A stretch of 64,000 bases of DNA, taken from positions 71,792 to 135,791 of IMG/VR virus record IMGVR_UViG_3300032038_000012. The stretch is one strand, 5' to 3'. Origin of the DNA: a virus (taxonomy: Duplodnaviria; Caudoviricetes). This document shows positions 12,817 through 22,765 of this stretch, in pieces; the first letter of the stretch is position 1; every line of letters starts with the position of its first letter. The notes beneath the pieces were generated by a model that was not told where the DNA came from, did no database searches, and worked only from the letters and a program-made list of their open reading frames with translations. The position numbers and the translations under genes are program-made.

Positions 12817-13737
12817 ATGAAAAAATTAAATATGAAAAGATTTGCAACTCCAGATCCGGGTTCAGATACTTTTGAAATAACTGTTCATTATACAGAAAAT
12901 TATAACCAAGCAGGTTATTGTAATAGTGTAACCGTATTAGTAACATCTAGTATAGCTATGGCAAGTGTAGAAAGAAATGGAGTGGATGTTGCAGAAGAAT
13001 GGAACGCAGAATTTCCTACAACTACAATTCAAAAAATTTATACTGAAAACACAACTGAAACCTTAACTTTTTCAAGTAGATATGGTGAAGAAATAACACA
13101 AACTATTGATATTATTTCAATAGATGCTCAAAGTGTTATTGGAGCAGATCCAGCAATAGATGCAAATATAAAAATTAATCCAGATATAAAAATAGAAAAA
13201 TTATCTTTAAAAGAAATAGATGAAACTGTAAGCACTTTGTTTGATTTAATTTACCCTGTTGGCTCTATTTATTATACAAATAATGCTAATTTTAGTCCTA
13301 ATGTAAGTTTTAATGGAACATGGGAACAAATTAAAGATGTATTCTTACTTGCGGCAGGAGATACTTACGTTGGTGGAACTAGCGGCGGAGACACCAACAC
13401 GGGCGCTGCTTCAGGTAATACTGGTGCTGCAACCGGAAATACAGGTTCAACTACCTTAACTGTCGATCAAATACCAGCGCATACCCATAAAGTAAAAAGA
13501 AATAATAATTATTCAAATAATTTCATGATAGATACTGGTAAGACTAATCAATGGGGTAGTGCTATAATAAATACATCAGGATATACGGCACAATCAATGG
13601 GCATTACCATTGAAAATACGGGCGGCAGTAAAGGTCATACACATACACTAAACTCACACACTCACACCTTAAACGATCATACCCACACCAATATGCCCCC
13701 TTATATTGTAGTTTATGTATGGAAGAGGGTGTCGTAA
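12817..13737 (+). CDS. Tail-tip protein (LNMKRFA leader, beta domain, IYPVGSIY...HTH...NMPPY..WKRVS)
   Basis: His-rich HTH tip repeats and Gp10-C-like termini; start moved to ATG 12817, just after the upstream stop. Confidence 0.8.
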   Translation: MKKLNMKRFATPDPGSDTFEITVHYTENYNQAGYCNSVTVLVTSSIAMASVERNGVDVAEEWNAEFPTTTIQKIYTENTTETLTFSSRYGEEITQTIDIISIDAQSVIGADPAIDANIKINPDIKIEKLSLKEIDETVSTLFDLIYPVGSIYYTNNANFSPNVSFNGTWEQIKDVFLLAAGDTYVGGTSGGDTNTGAASGNTGAATGNTGSTTLTVDQIPAHTHKVKRNNNYSNNFMIDTGKTNQWGSAIINTSGYTAQSMGITIENTGGSKGHTHTLNSHTHTLNDHTHTNMPPYIVVYVWKRVS

Positions 13738-14420
13738 TGAAAAAAAGAATGAAATTAAATATTTTAAGATTTTCAACCAGTGCTGAAGAAAATATAGACA
13801 TAAAAATTAATGCAGATTTAAAAATAGAAGGAACAGATAGAAAATTAAAAGATATTGATTTGTCATTAACCCATCTTATAGATATTCTCAATTCTCAATG
13901 TGATATTGGAGGATTATATGAAACAACAGATAGTGCTGTCGATCCTAATACTTTTTTACCTGGCACTTGGACATTATTAAGTTCTAATGTTATTGACACT
14001 GGATGGCAAAATTTTTCTTGGACTAATTCTACATATATAGGAACATCACAATCTAGTTATACTCTTAATAAATGGCGTATAACAGATAATGTTTTACACG
14101 TTGTAATAGGTGTAGGATGTACATCTACTATTAACCATGGTAACGAAGATGAAATTGCTAGAGTCCCTATTGCAAACAGTGGATTGAATGAAAGTGCAAC
14201 AAGAATATGGACGGGTGCCGTTGGTGGATCTGGATGTGTGGCAGGTTTCATTTTAAAAGAAACTTCAAATGGTGTGACAGTTGGAATAAAACCTCATACA
14301 TCTTCTACTTTTGCTACAGCTCCTTGGTATTCAACTTATTTTACTTATCCATTACCAAGTAATTTTGTTTTTAAAAGCGGTAATTATAAAAGAAAATATA
14401 TTTGGGAAAGAACAAATTAA
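13737..14420 (+). CDS. Tail-tip protein (LNILRFS leader, inserted beta receptor-binding-like domain)
   Basis: TAATG overlap with the upstream stop; paralogous N- and C-termini (IKINADLKI, PGTW, YIWERTN). Confidence 0.75.
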   Translation: MKKRMKLNILRFSTSAEENIDIKINADLKIEGTDRKLKDIDLSLTHLIDILNSQCDIGGLYETTDSAVDPNTFLPGTWTLLSSNVIDTGWQNFSWTNSTYIGTSQSSYTLNKWRITDNVLHVVIGVGCTSTINHGNEDEIARVPIANSGLNESATRIWTGAVGGSGCVAGFILKETSNGVTVGIKPHTSSTFATAPWYSTYFTYPLPSNFVFKSGNYKRKYIWERTN

Positions 14421-14436
14421 GAAGGAGGGTTAAAAA

Positions 14437-14883
14437 ATGAAAATTAATGTAGATTTTATTTATCCTATTGGATCTGTTTATATTAGTACTGAATCTATAA
14501 ACCCTTCTGTTTTATTTGGAGGGGTTTGGAAACAGACTGCAAAAAGTAGAGCTATTGTAGGAGCAGGGGCAAATATAGCTAACACAAATACAACTTATGG
14601 TTCTTTATCTGCGGGAACGTTAAATTTTACAGCTGGCACCCTTATGGGAGAATCAACACATACACTATCTATTCAAGAAATACCATCACATTCTCATGAT
14701 TTAACTGTACATTCAGGAGGAACTACAGCAGCTCCTATAGGTGGAGTAGCAAATACCGCAAATGCTTCAGGCAGTGGTCTACTAACAGATGCTAGGTGAA
14801 AAATACAAAATACTGGTGGAGGACAAGCTCATAATAATATAATGCCTATTGAAGTGTATTATATATGGAAGAGGGTGTCGTAG
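14437..14883 (+). CDS. Short Gp10-C-like tail-tip protein, 148 aa (TGA=Trp at 14797)
   Basis: Readthrough restores NTGGGQAHNNIMPIEVYYIWKRVS, matching the 12371 paralog. Confidence 0.85.
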
Positions 14884-15488
14884 TGAAAAAGTTAAATATT
14901 AAAAGATTTGCAGTTGATGATAATGCAAATATAAAAATTAATGATGAATTGAAACTTGGAACAAGTGGTATATCATTAGCAGATTTAGTAGTAATGAAAG
15001 GTTTCTTTGATATGTTTCATTTTGAAACTAAAACTTTTGGCGGAGCTACTTGGTTAAAGGTTTATTATACAAATAGTAAAAATGGAACTGTTTTATGGAA
15101 AGATATAGATGAATTAGGTTTTAGTTTGCAGGCTTATAAATGGTCTATATTGGGGATGCTTCCATATTTTTATAATAATACTTGGAAATATGAGTTCTTA
15201 TTAGAGTATCCGTCTTTAGGAAAATATAATAGATGGCGTCAAACAAGTAATCCATTATTGGCAGATCAATCTGTTTCTGGTTATAGTGCAGTAGATATTT
15301 CTATGACACAAAATAATTGGGGCGGATTAGCATTATCAAGTACAAAAGGAACCTCTTGTATTATAGATGGCTCACCTGGAGCAACAACTTGGTATTATGC
15401 AATAGGACAACAAGCTGCTTATCAAGGTGGAATTCCTGCCAATGATCCTAGTGTTCAAGAGGTTTATTTATGGATTAGAATAGGTTAA
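14883..15488 (+). CDS. Tail-tip protein with LNIKRFA leader and Trp-rich (fibrinogen-C-like?) domain
   Basis: GTG start overlaps the upstream TAG; GGATWLKVYY..KYEFLLEYP..NRWRQTSNP..WYYAIG; domain call is tentative. Confidence 0.65.
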   Translation: MKKLNIKRFAVDDNANIKINDELKLGTSGISLADLVVMKGFFDMFHFETKTFGGATWLKVYYTNSKNGTVLWKDIDELGFSLQAYKWSILGMLPYFYNNTWKYEFLLEYPSLGKYNRWRQTSNPLLADQSVSGYSAVDISMTQNNWGGLALSSTKGTSCIIDGSPGATTWYYAIGQQAAYQGGIPANDPSVQEVYLWIRIG

Positions 15489-15495
15489 TATAAAT

Positions 15496-15521
15496 GAGAT
15501 GTGGAAACACATCTCTTTTTT
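15496..15521 (+). terminator. Rho-independent terminator
   Basis: GAGATGTG-gaaa-CACATCTC then T6; near-identical copy at 16553. Confidence 0.85.
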
Positions 15522-15524
15522 ATT

Positions 15525-15566
15525 GGTCTAATATAGAAAATACAAATTAGTGTCTTTTTAAATATT
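15525..15566 (+). promoter_or_regulatory. Putative late promoter (GGTCTAA...CTTTTTAAATAT)
   Basis: Directly after a terminator, upstream of the holin-like gene. Confidence 0.55.
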
Positions 15567-15606
15567 TTTAGAAGAGGGAATATTATAGGAAGAAAGGAGT
15601 TATGAT

Positions 15607-16119
15607 ATGGGACAACTATTAGCTAAATATACTATTACTGAAATTGTTGTATTTTTAGTTCTTTTAGGATTTGCTATTAAAGAGGTTGTTACTTTTTTTG
15701 ACTGAGCTCATAACAGACTTAGAAAAACTTTTAATAAAGAAGATGAACATGAAGAAATTAAAGAACAATTAGAAACAGTTGTAAATCGTTTAAATGATAT
15801 TGAAACACATTTTAACACAATGATAAACGAAAGTCGAGTAAAATATACTGAAATGCAACAATCAATAGATTTATTAATATCGTCAGACAAGGATGATATT
15901 AAAGCCTGGATAACAGCGCAACATCATTTATTCGTTTATGAATATAAATGTATAGATGATTATAGTTTAGATTGTATTGAGAAAAGATATTCTCATTACA
16001 AAGATGAAGGCGGAAATAGTTTTATTGAATTATTAATGAGCGAAATCCGCGCATTGCCTAAAGTGTCTGTTCTACCAGAGCAGGAAGGAGTAGAGAAAAA
16101 TGTTGAAGATAAAAGATAA
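15607..16119 (+). CDS. Holin-like membrane protein, 170 aa (TGA=Trp at codon 33, 15703)
   Basis: AAGGAG RBS; N-terminal TM (IVVFLVLLGFAI), coiled coil, C-terminal YKDEGGNSF motif; in frame with track ORF 15820. Confidence 0.7.
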
Positions 16120-16453
16120 AACAAATTTATGCTTCAACCGCGGTGACGAAATTTATTTAACTATTACTCTTGTAAATGAAACGTTTAAAGCTGGAGATAA
16201 AGTTCAAATGAATATAGTTGAAAAAGAACATTATGAAAATGTTTTATTCACAAAAGATTTTACTGTTGAAGAAGAAGGTGCTTCATATGTTATACACTTA
16301 ACATCTGATGAAACTAGATTTGGAGAGACATTAACAAAAAGAGGAAAAAATTATTGGTATGAAATCTCATTAAATGATATTACACTAATTGGGTATGATG
16401 CAATGGGGCCTAAAATATTATCACTTTTCCCTGAGGCAGAGGTGTCTGAATAA
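16100..16453 (+). CDS. Small baseplate/BppU-like protein, paralog of 8132..8482
   Basis: Shared NRGD, ETR.G and YWYEI.LN motifs. Confidence 0.65.
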   Translation: MLKIKDKTNLCFNRGDEIYLTITLVNETFKAGDKVQMNIVEKEHYENVLFTKDFTVEEEGASYVIHLTSDETRFGETLTKRGKNYWYEISLNDITLIGYDAMGPKILSLFPEAEVSE

Positions 16454-16552
16454 TGGATAAAATTTGTGTAAAAATAGAACCACAAAAAGATATAAAAGTC
16501 ATTTTATCTGTGGGACAAAATGGAAACGTTAACCAATAAAATCTAAATAATA

Positions 16553-16580
16553 GAGATGTGATTTTCACATCTCTTTTTTT
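16553..16580 (+). terminator. Rho-independent terminator
   Basis: GAGATGTG-atttt-CACATCTC plus T7. Confidence 0.85.
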
Positions 16581-16583
16581 ATT

Positions 16584-16625
16584 GGACTAATTAAAGCAAT
16601 ATAAATGACTACTTTTTTATATATT
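16584..16625 (+). promoter_or_regulatory. Putative late promoter (GGACTAA...CTTTTTTATATA)
   Basis: Same motif and context as 8054 and 15525. Confidence 0.55.
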
Positions 16626-16659
16626 TTTAGAACAGAGAGAAAAAAGGAGTGTGAATTAA

Positions 16660-18315
16660 ATGGCAGCAACAAATGCTTTATATCCAGCATTAATAGAAAC
16701 ATATATGCCCGCTTTTTTAATTGACAGTGGAGACACAGAAAAAGATATTTGTAAAGTTTATTTTTCTATATCTCAATATAATAGTATTGGTGATATTGCT
16801 AATGCACAAGTTTCAGTAAGAAATCAAAATACTAATTTATCAGTATTAAATAAAGCACAATATCCTTGTGAAGTTATGGTAACTAATATTTATACAGATG
16901 AAACAGTTACAACTGATTATAAATATTATGTAAAAATTAGAAAAACAGATATGGAAAATAATAACTTTAAAATAGATGAATATTATAAGGTACAAATTAG
17001 ATTTACAGATACTCAGGCTAGTCCTCTTCCTCAAGGAATGACACCTCCGCAAAAGATTGATAGCTGATTAGTTAGCAATTTAGATCATTTTTCAGAATGG
17101 TCAAGTGTTTGTTTAATTAGGGGCATTTCTAAACCAAGTTTAGACTTATTAGATTGGGATCCTGAAGAAACAAGAGATATAGATTGAAGTATTCAAAATA
17201 CTCAAATAAATGGTTCTTTAACTTTTACAGATGCTAATGAAAATGAAACATTAAAAAGTTATAGAATTAAACTATATGATAGTGAAGATAATTTATTAAC
17301 TGATAGCGGAGATATTTTTACAAGTAATTATAACAATGTAAATACTATTAGTTATACTTTTAAATATAATTTTAAAGTAGATACTTCTTATTATTATACT
17401 TTTGAATATACAACTCAAAATCTTTATTCAGAGATTTTTACTTATAATTTTAGAATGATACAAGGAAATACTCAATCTTATAATTTACTTTTAACAGGGT
17501 ATATCCGCCCTGAAGATGGAAATATAGATATTCAAGTTAGAAGAAGTACAGACCAAACCCCAGTATCAGGAAATATTGTTATTAGAAGAAGTTCTAGTAA
17601 AGAGAATTTTACAATATGGGAAGATATTCATACAGAAAGTATTTTAAATGTTCAAGAGGTAGATATTACATGGTCTGATTTTACTGTTGAAAGTGGAGTA
17701 TGGTATAGTTATTGTGCTCAAGTTGTATTACCAGATGGAACAAGAGGTAAAATAACTGAAATTGCAAAACCTGTTATGATTGTTTTAGATGATATATTTC
17801 TAACAACCGCAGAAAGACAATTAAAAGTAAAATTCAATCCATCATTAAGTTCAATTAAAAGAAATATTAATGAAACAAGAACTGATACTATTGGTTCTCA
17901 ATTCCCTTTCATAAAAAGAAATGGAGATATGAACTATGTTTCATTTCCTATTGGAGGACTTATATCTTCAGAGATGGATGAAAATAGAAAATTTACTTCT
18001 AAAACTGAATTGTATGGAGATAATAGAAATTTCTATCAAGAGTATAATGAACAATATGAAATCAATAGACATTCAGATGTAGTATATGAAAGAGCTTTTA
18101 GAGAGGCGGTTATGGATTTCTTATACTCAGGAGAGGTTATGTTATTTAGATCTCCAACTGAAGGAAACTACTTAATTAGAATTATGGATTTAAGTTTCTC
18201 ACCAGAAACTACTTTAGGCAGACGTCTTTGGTCATTTAGCGGAACTGCTTATGAAATAGATTCTTGTTCTATTGACAATTATGATACTTATAAAATTATT
18301 GAAGGAAGATACTAA
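16660..18315 (+). CDS. Virion/baseplate (distal tail-like) protein, 551 aa (TGA=Trp at 17065, 17185)
   Basis: Track ORFs 16660 and 17455 are in frame, interrupted only by TGAs; FSEWSSVCLIR and LFRSPTEGN motifs. Confidence 0.8.
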
Positions 18316-18317
18316 TT

Positions 18318-21300
18318 ATGAAACGTAATTATGTATATTTAAATGACTCAGATTTTTTAGAAAAAATAAACTCAGATAGACAACAAACCCAATATGTAAA
18401 AATTACATTGTTAGACTGGGAAGAAAATCCTATAGAGGAAATTCAAGGTCTTACTACCGGAGGTTCTATCAATTTGAACGGCGACTCCGCAGTAAGAAGA
18501 ACTTGTAATTTATCAATGTATGTTTACAAAGAAAATTATATGAGGATTACCGATCCAAATAATATGATTTCAATAAATAAAAAAGTTTTTCTTGAGGTGG
18601 GTTTAAAAAATAATACAGATAAATATACTGATTATGATATTATATGGCAACCTCAAGGAATATATGTAATTACAGCATGTGGGACTTCACACAGTACAAG
18701 CGGAATTACGTTAAATCTTAACTTGCAAGACAAGATGTGTTTATTAAATGGTACATGCGGTGGAGTCCTACCCTCATCAATTCAATTTGATAGATATGAT
18801 ACTATTGATGAATCAGGTATGTATGTTACATTAAGACCTACTATTGTTCAAATCATTCGAGAATTAGTAAACCATTGGGGAAATGAACAATTAGGTAAAA
18901 TTATTATAAAAGATATTGATGAAAGAATTAAATGTGCTATGCGTTGGATTGGAGATACTCCTGTTTATGCTTATCATAATGGAAGTCAATATGGTATGAC
19001 AACTAACAAATCAGAAGTTGAAGATTCTGGTGAAATACTAGGAATAAGCGGGAATGGTACATTAACAGGAAATAGTGATTTTACTATTGATGAAAATGGA
19101 GTTCTTGATTATCCTGATGGACTTTATACAGATTCAAATGGAAAAATGAAAGTCGTATCTCATAATTATACAGAATATAATTGGGGTGAAGATGTTGGAT
19201 ATATCTTTACAGACTTCACTTATCCTGGAGATTTAATTGCAAATCCAGGAGATACAATTTGTACTATTTTAGATAAAATAAAAGCTACATTAGGTAATTA
19301 TGAATATTTTTATGATGTAGATGGAAACTTTCATTTTCAAGAAATTAAAAATTATTTAAACATTACTCAAGCAACAACAGACTTAAATAATATGCATAAT
19401 GAACAATATCTAGTAGATATTTCAAAAGGACAAAATGTTTATAACTTTAAAGATAGTACATTATTTACAAACTATTCTAATTCACCAAATTATAGTAATA
19501 TTAAAAATGATTATGTTGTTTGGGGAATTAGAGAAAATACAGAAGGAATTAAAGTTCCTATTCGTTATCATTTAGCTATTGATACTAAACCACAAACAGG
19601 AAATATATATAATGTATTTTTCTACGATGATCCAGATGATGGATTAACAAAAGTTAAAGTTCCTATTGAGTTTGTAGATAAAAGTCATTTCCCAACTAAA
19701 GGTGCAGAAGGATGCTTTTATATGGATAAAGCGTCTAGCATTATTTATAAGTGGGATGGCGAAATAGAAGATTTTGTAATTGTTTCTGGCGGAGAGATCG
19801 AGCCTTATAGCACTAAGAGTGAGTTCCCGCAAACAGGAGAACAAGGTGTTGTATATGTTGATAATTCAACAGCAAAGACATATAATTGGGGATTAGATAA
19901 GACATCAGAGCATTTTAGCAAAGTGCAAGAAGAGTTGGATGGACTTTCTACTACATATTATACCAATTTACAAAGTGTCCATTCAAACATTGAAAATACC
20001 GATGACACTATTAACAGTTTACAAAATTCACTTGTTGAAGTGAACAATACAATTACCCCTATTGAACAAAATATTGCTAAAACTACAAATGAGAAAAATG
20101 AAGCTGAAAGACAAAAACAAAGAAATTTAAATGAGGCGGATGCTCTTCAAGATCAATACGATGAGGATTTAGAACAAAAACCTATCGTTGAGGCGGAGAT
20201 CGCTGACTTGAATGATGAGCTAACCGAGTTAATAGATTTAAATAAGGCAACAGTCAATGGAGAATTAATTGATGTAACAAATGCAGAAAATGCAAATATA
20301 TTATCAATTAAGGTTCATGGTAAAACAACTCAAAGAGCTACTCCATCAATGACTAGACCTATACAAGTATTCCCTTTAACAGGTAGTGTATCTATTACCG
20401 CAAGTACAAGAACAGGGTTAGAAAATACTTTATATTATTATTTAGGAAATGGAAATTTTGCTCTTGCAGATGATTATATTAAAGATGGAATATTAACTAA
20501 TAATTATGGAAAATATACTTTATTAGGATATGAGAACTGGATTGTAACAACTACAACTTCAGACTATATTGAATTTAGTTATGATGCTCCTATTGAAGCT
20601 GGAGTAACTGCTACAACTTATTCAAGTTATTTTCCTAATACAGAAGATTGTAGAATAGATGTAACTGGAACTATGATTTCTGTTAGAGTTCCTAGAAATA
20701 TGAATATTACTACAAAAGAAGAATTTAATGATTGGATTATAAATAGTTTAACTCAATTTGCTATTCCTGTTGATGTTTATTATAAATTAGCTACACCTAA
20801 AGAAACTGAAATAGCTTCAGTAGGAATTTTAAAAACTTATAATCCAGAAACAATTATTTCAAATGACATCTCATCTCAAATAGAATTAACATATATGACT
20901 AACACATATTCACAAGAGATTGCAGATGTTGAAGCTGAATTGAGGACTCAAGAGAAAAAATTAAGAACTATAAATAAAGAAATTGCGGAATTACCTGATA
21001 CTATCCAAACTCACCTAGATATTGCTCAACAATTAACTGGAGATATTATGGTAATGGAACAAAATTTAACTCGTTTAAACAATCAATTAGCGCCACTAGA
21101 AGCTCAAAGAGCTGAAATAGTAGAAGCTATTACCGCCCAAGAAGGTTATAAAGACGATTATATTAATCAAGAAAATGTTCTTACATATGGCTACAATGAA
21201 GATTATGCAGCAATTGCCGCAACTCAATATGAGTATGTAGAAACAAGTTTGATTGCAATGGATAAAGTTCAAACTACAGACTGGCGTTCTGAATTATATC

Positions 21301-21965
21301 TTCAAGGTGCAGCCGCAGAACCTCTAGGAGTTTCAAGTAATTATTACTATCCAGAGTTAGCTGCCGAATGGCCAAAGATATATGATATGAAGAAAAATCA
21401 CTATTTAGATACGCAAGGAAATATTATCTACACAGGTGGATTTAAAGATGAAATATTAGCTAATCCAAGTAATATGGATTATTTCCTAGACTTTATTGAT
21501 TCAGATGCAGCAATTTCTCAATTCAATGTAAATGCCATTGGTAGAAGATCTATGGTAGAAAGTAATGATGGATTTAATTGTGTGTTTGAACCTATTATTC
21601 CTGACTATGTTATTATTGAAAAGGGACAAGGAGAAGATACTAGAAGAAAAAGAGAAGAATGTGAAAAGAAAGGTCAAGCATTTATTCAAGTTGAATCAGC
21701 AATTTTTAATACTTTAGCAACTGGTGGTGCTTCTAACGGATGTTTTGAAGAAGTAAAAATGTTATTATATAATTATACAGGATATAATGAACAAATTAAT
21801 TTAAGTATGATACCATTATATTATTTAGAACCAAATATTAGAATTGGAGTTAGAGATATAGAAGCTGATATTTCAGGTGATTTTATTATTAAAACTATAT
21901 CTTTACCTTTAGCCGTTGGTGGTACAATGTCTGTCTCAGCTACTAGAGCGATTGAAAAGTTATAA
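18318..21965 (+). CDS. Large tail/baseplate hub protein (DUF5048-like) with coiled-coil insert
   Basis: GSINLNGDSAVRRTCNL, YEYFYDVDGNFHFQEIKNYLN and IKNDYVVWG motifs; 1215 aa. Confidence 0.7.
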   Translation: MKRNYVYLNDSDFLEKINSDRQQTQYVKITLLDWEENPIEEIQGLTTGGSINLNGDSAVRRTCNLSMYVYKENYMRITDPNNMISINKKVFLEVGLKNNTDKYTDYDIIWQPQGIYVITACGTSHSTSGITLNLNLQDKMCLLNGTCGGVLPSSIQFDRYDTIDESGMYVTLRPTIVQIIRELVNHWGNEQLGKIIIKDIDERIKCAMRWIGDTPVYAYHNGSQYGMTTNKSEVEDSGEILGISGNGTLTGNSDFTIDENGVLDYPDGLYTDSNGKMKVVSHNYTEYNWGEDVGYIFTDFTYPGDLIANPGDTICTILDKIKATLGNYEYFYDVDGNFHFQEIKNYLNITQATTDLNNMHNEQYLVDISKGQNVYNFKDSTLFTNYSNSPNYSNIKNDYVVWGIRENTEGIKVPIRYHLAIDTKPQTGNIYNVFFYDDPDDGLTKVKVPIEFVDKSHFPTKGAEGCFYMDKASSIIYKWDGEIEDFVIVSGGEIEPYSTKSEFPQTGEQGVVYVDNSTAKTYNWGLDKTSEHFSKVQEELDGLSTTYYTNLQSVHSNIENTDDTINSLQNSLVEVNNTITPIEQNIAKTTNEKNEAERQKQRNLNEADALQDQYDEDLEQKPIVEAEIADLNDELTELIDLNKATVNGELIDVTNAENANILSIKVHGKTTQRATPSMTRPIQVFPLTGSVSITASTRTGLENTLYYYLGNGNFALADDYIKDGILTNNYGKYTLLGYENWIVTTTTSDYIEFSYDAPIEAGVTATTYSSYFPNTEDCRIDVTGTMISVRVPRNMNITTKEEFNDWIINSLTQFAIPVDVYYKLATPKETEIASVGILKTYNPETIISNDISSQIELTYMTNTYSQEIADVEAELRTQEKKLRTINKEIAELPDTIQTHLDIAQQLTGDIMVMEQNLTRLNNQLAPLEAQRAEIVEAITAQEGYKDDYINQENVLTYGYNEDYAAIAATQYEYVETSLIAMDKVQTTDWRSELYLQGAAAEPLGVSSNYYYPELAAEWPKIYDMKKNHYLDTQGNIIYTGGFKDEILANPSNMDYFLDFIDSDAAISQFNVNAIGRRSMVESNDGFNCVFEPIIPDYVIIEKGQGEDTRRKREECEKKGQAFIQVESAIFNTLATGGASNGCFEEVKMLLYNYTGYNEQINLSMIPLYYLEPNIRIGVRDIEADISGDFIIKTISLPLAVGGTMSVSATRAIEKL

Positions 21966-21970
21966 AAACT

Positions 21971-22014
21971 AAAAAAGACTCAAGAGATTTTAAAACTCTT
22001 GAGTCTTTTTTTTT
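21971..22014. terminator. Bidirectional terminator at the convergence of the late and replication blocks
   Basis: A6-GACTCAAGAG / CTCTTGAGTC-T9. Confidence 0.9.
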
Positions 22015-22104
22015 ATGCAATTTTAAATTGTATTTATTTTAAAAATAAGAAAAAGAAAACTTATGATAAAAAATCTTACCACTTGTAATTTTTGTTAGTT
22101 ATTT

Positions 22105-22611
22105 TTATTCCCAATTAATTTCATTAGGTTCATTTTTAAATTGCGCGAATCCGATACATATTGCATCAGCCTCGTCATCATTTACTTTTATCCCATATTG
22201 TTCTTCTACAAAGGCGATATCCGCTTCTTTTAATGAGGTTCTTTTTATACCTCTACCATTTTTAATTCCGCATGCCGCTCTCCATGAACTAGGATATATA
22301 TATTCAATAACAACTTTTTTATTGTATTTATCATGGATTAAAAATTCTAACGCAGCCTGAAGATACATTAACGCTTTATGAGTTTTTTGATTACCTACCC
22401 CATATCCGCCTTCAGGTCTAACTTCTTCTACTATGATTTTATCAATTTCATTATTTTGTAAAATTTCATCGATAGCATCCGCCATAATGTGAATTCTTTT
22501 TATTAAGTCTGTTGAAGAAGATGTAATACATCCGTGGTCTTTTAAGTCGCCATCTGCGAAGATTGCCCATCCAGAACTTTTTGTACTTAAATCTAACGAT
22601 AATAATTTCAT
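22105..22611 (-). CDS. RuvC-like Holliday junction resolvase
   Basis: LSLDLSTKSSGWA, IIVEEV, PSSWR and DDEADAICIG acidic motifs. Confidence 0.85.
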   Translation of the reverse strand: MKLLSLDLSTKSSGWAIFADGDLKDHGCITSSSTDLIKRIHIMADAIDEILQNNEIDKIIVEEVRPEGGYGVGNQKTHKALMYLQAALEFLIHDKYNKKVVIEYIYPSSWRAACGIKNGRGIKRTSLKEADIAFVEEQYGIKVNDDEADAICIGFAQFKNEPNEINWE

Positions 22612-22641
22612 TAAATCTCCTCCTTTATTTCCTATATCTAC

Positions 22642-22670
22642 ATTATATCAAAAAATATTGAATTTGTCAA
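22642..22670 (-). promoter_or_regulatory. SigA-type early promoter TTGACA-17-TATAAT
   Basis: Perfect consensus with 17-bp spacer. Confidence 0.85.
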
Positions 22671-22765
22671 GAAATTATTTTCGATTTAAAAAATTCCAAA
22701 TGGCTTTTTGATTTTGAGTTGACGATTGTCCGCGCGCCATTCGTCCCATAAAAAAAAGATGGATA

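Noticed and set aside
12800-14420. AGG reassignment (Arg to Met, known in some Bacilli)
   Set aside because: AGG encodes the conserved Arg of WKR, where a paralog uses AGA
3504-15488. Diversity-generating retroelement or invertase shufflon for the tail tips
   Set aside because: No reverse transcriptase, TR/VR pair, invertase or inverted cassette seen in the window
900-17187. Fragmented structural genes read as pseudogenes or sequencing errors
   Set aside because: Every interruption is TGA, in frame, without frameshifts, and several align with TGG in paralogs
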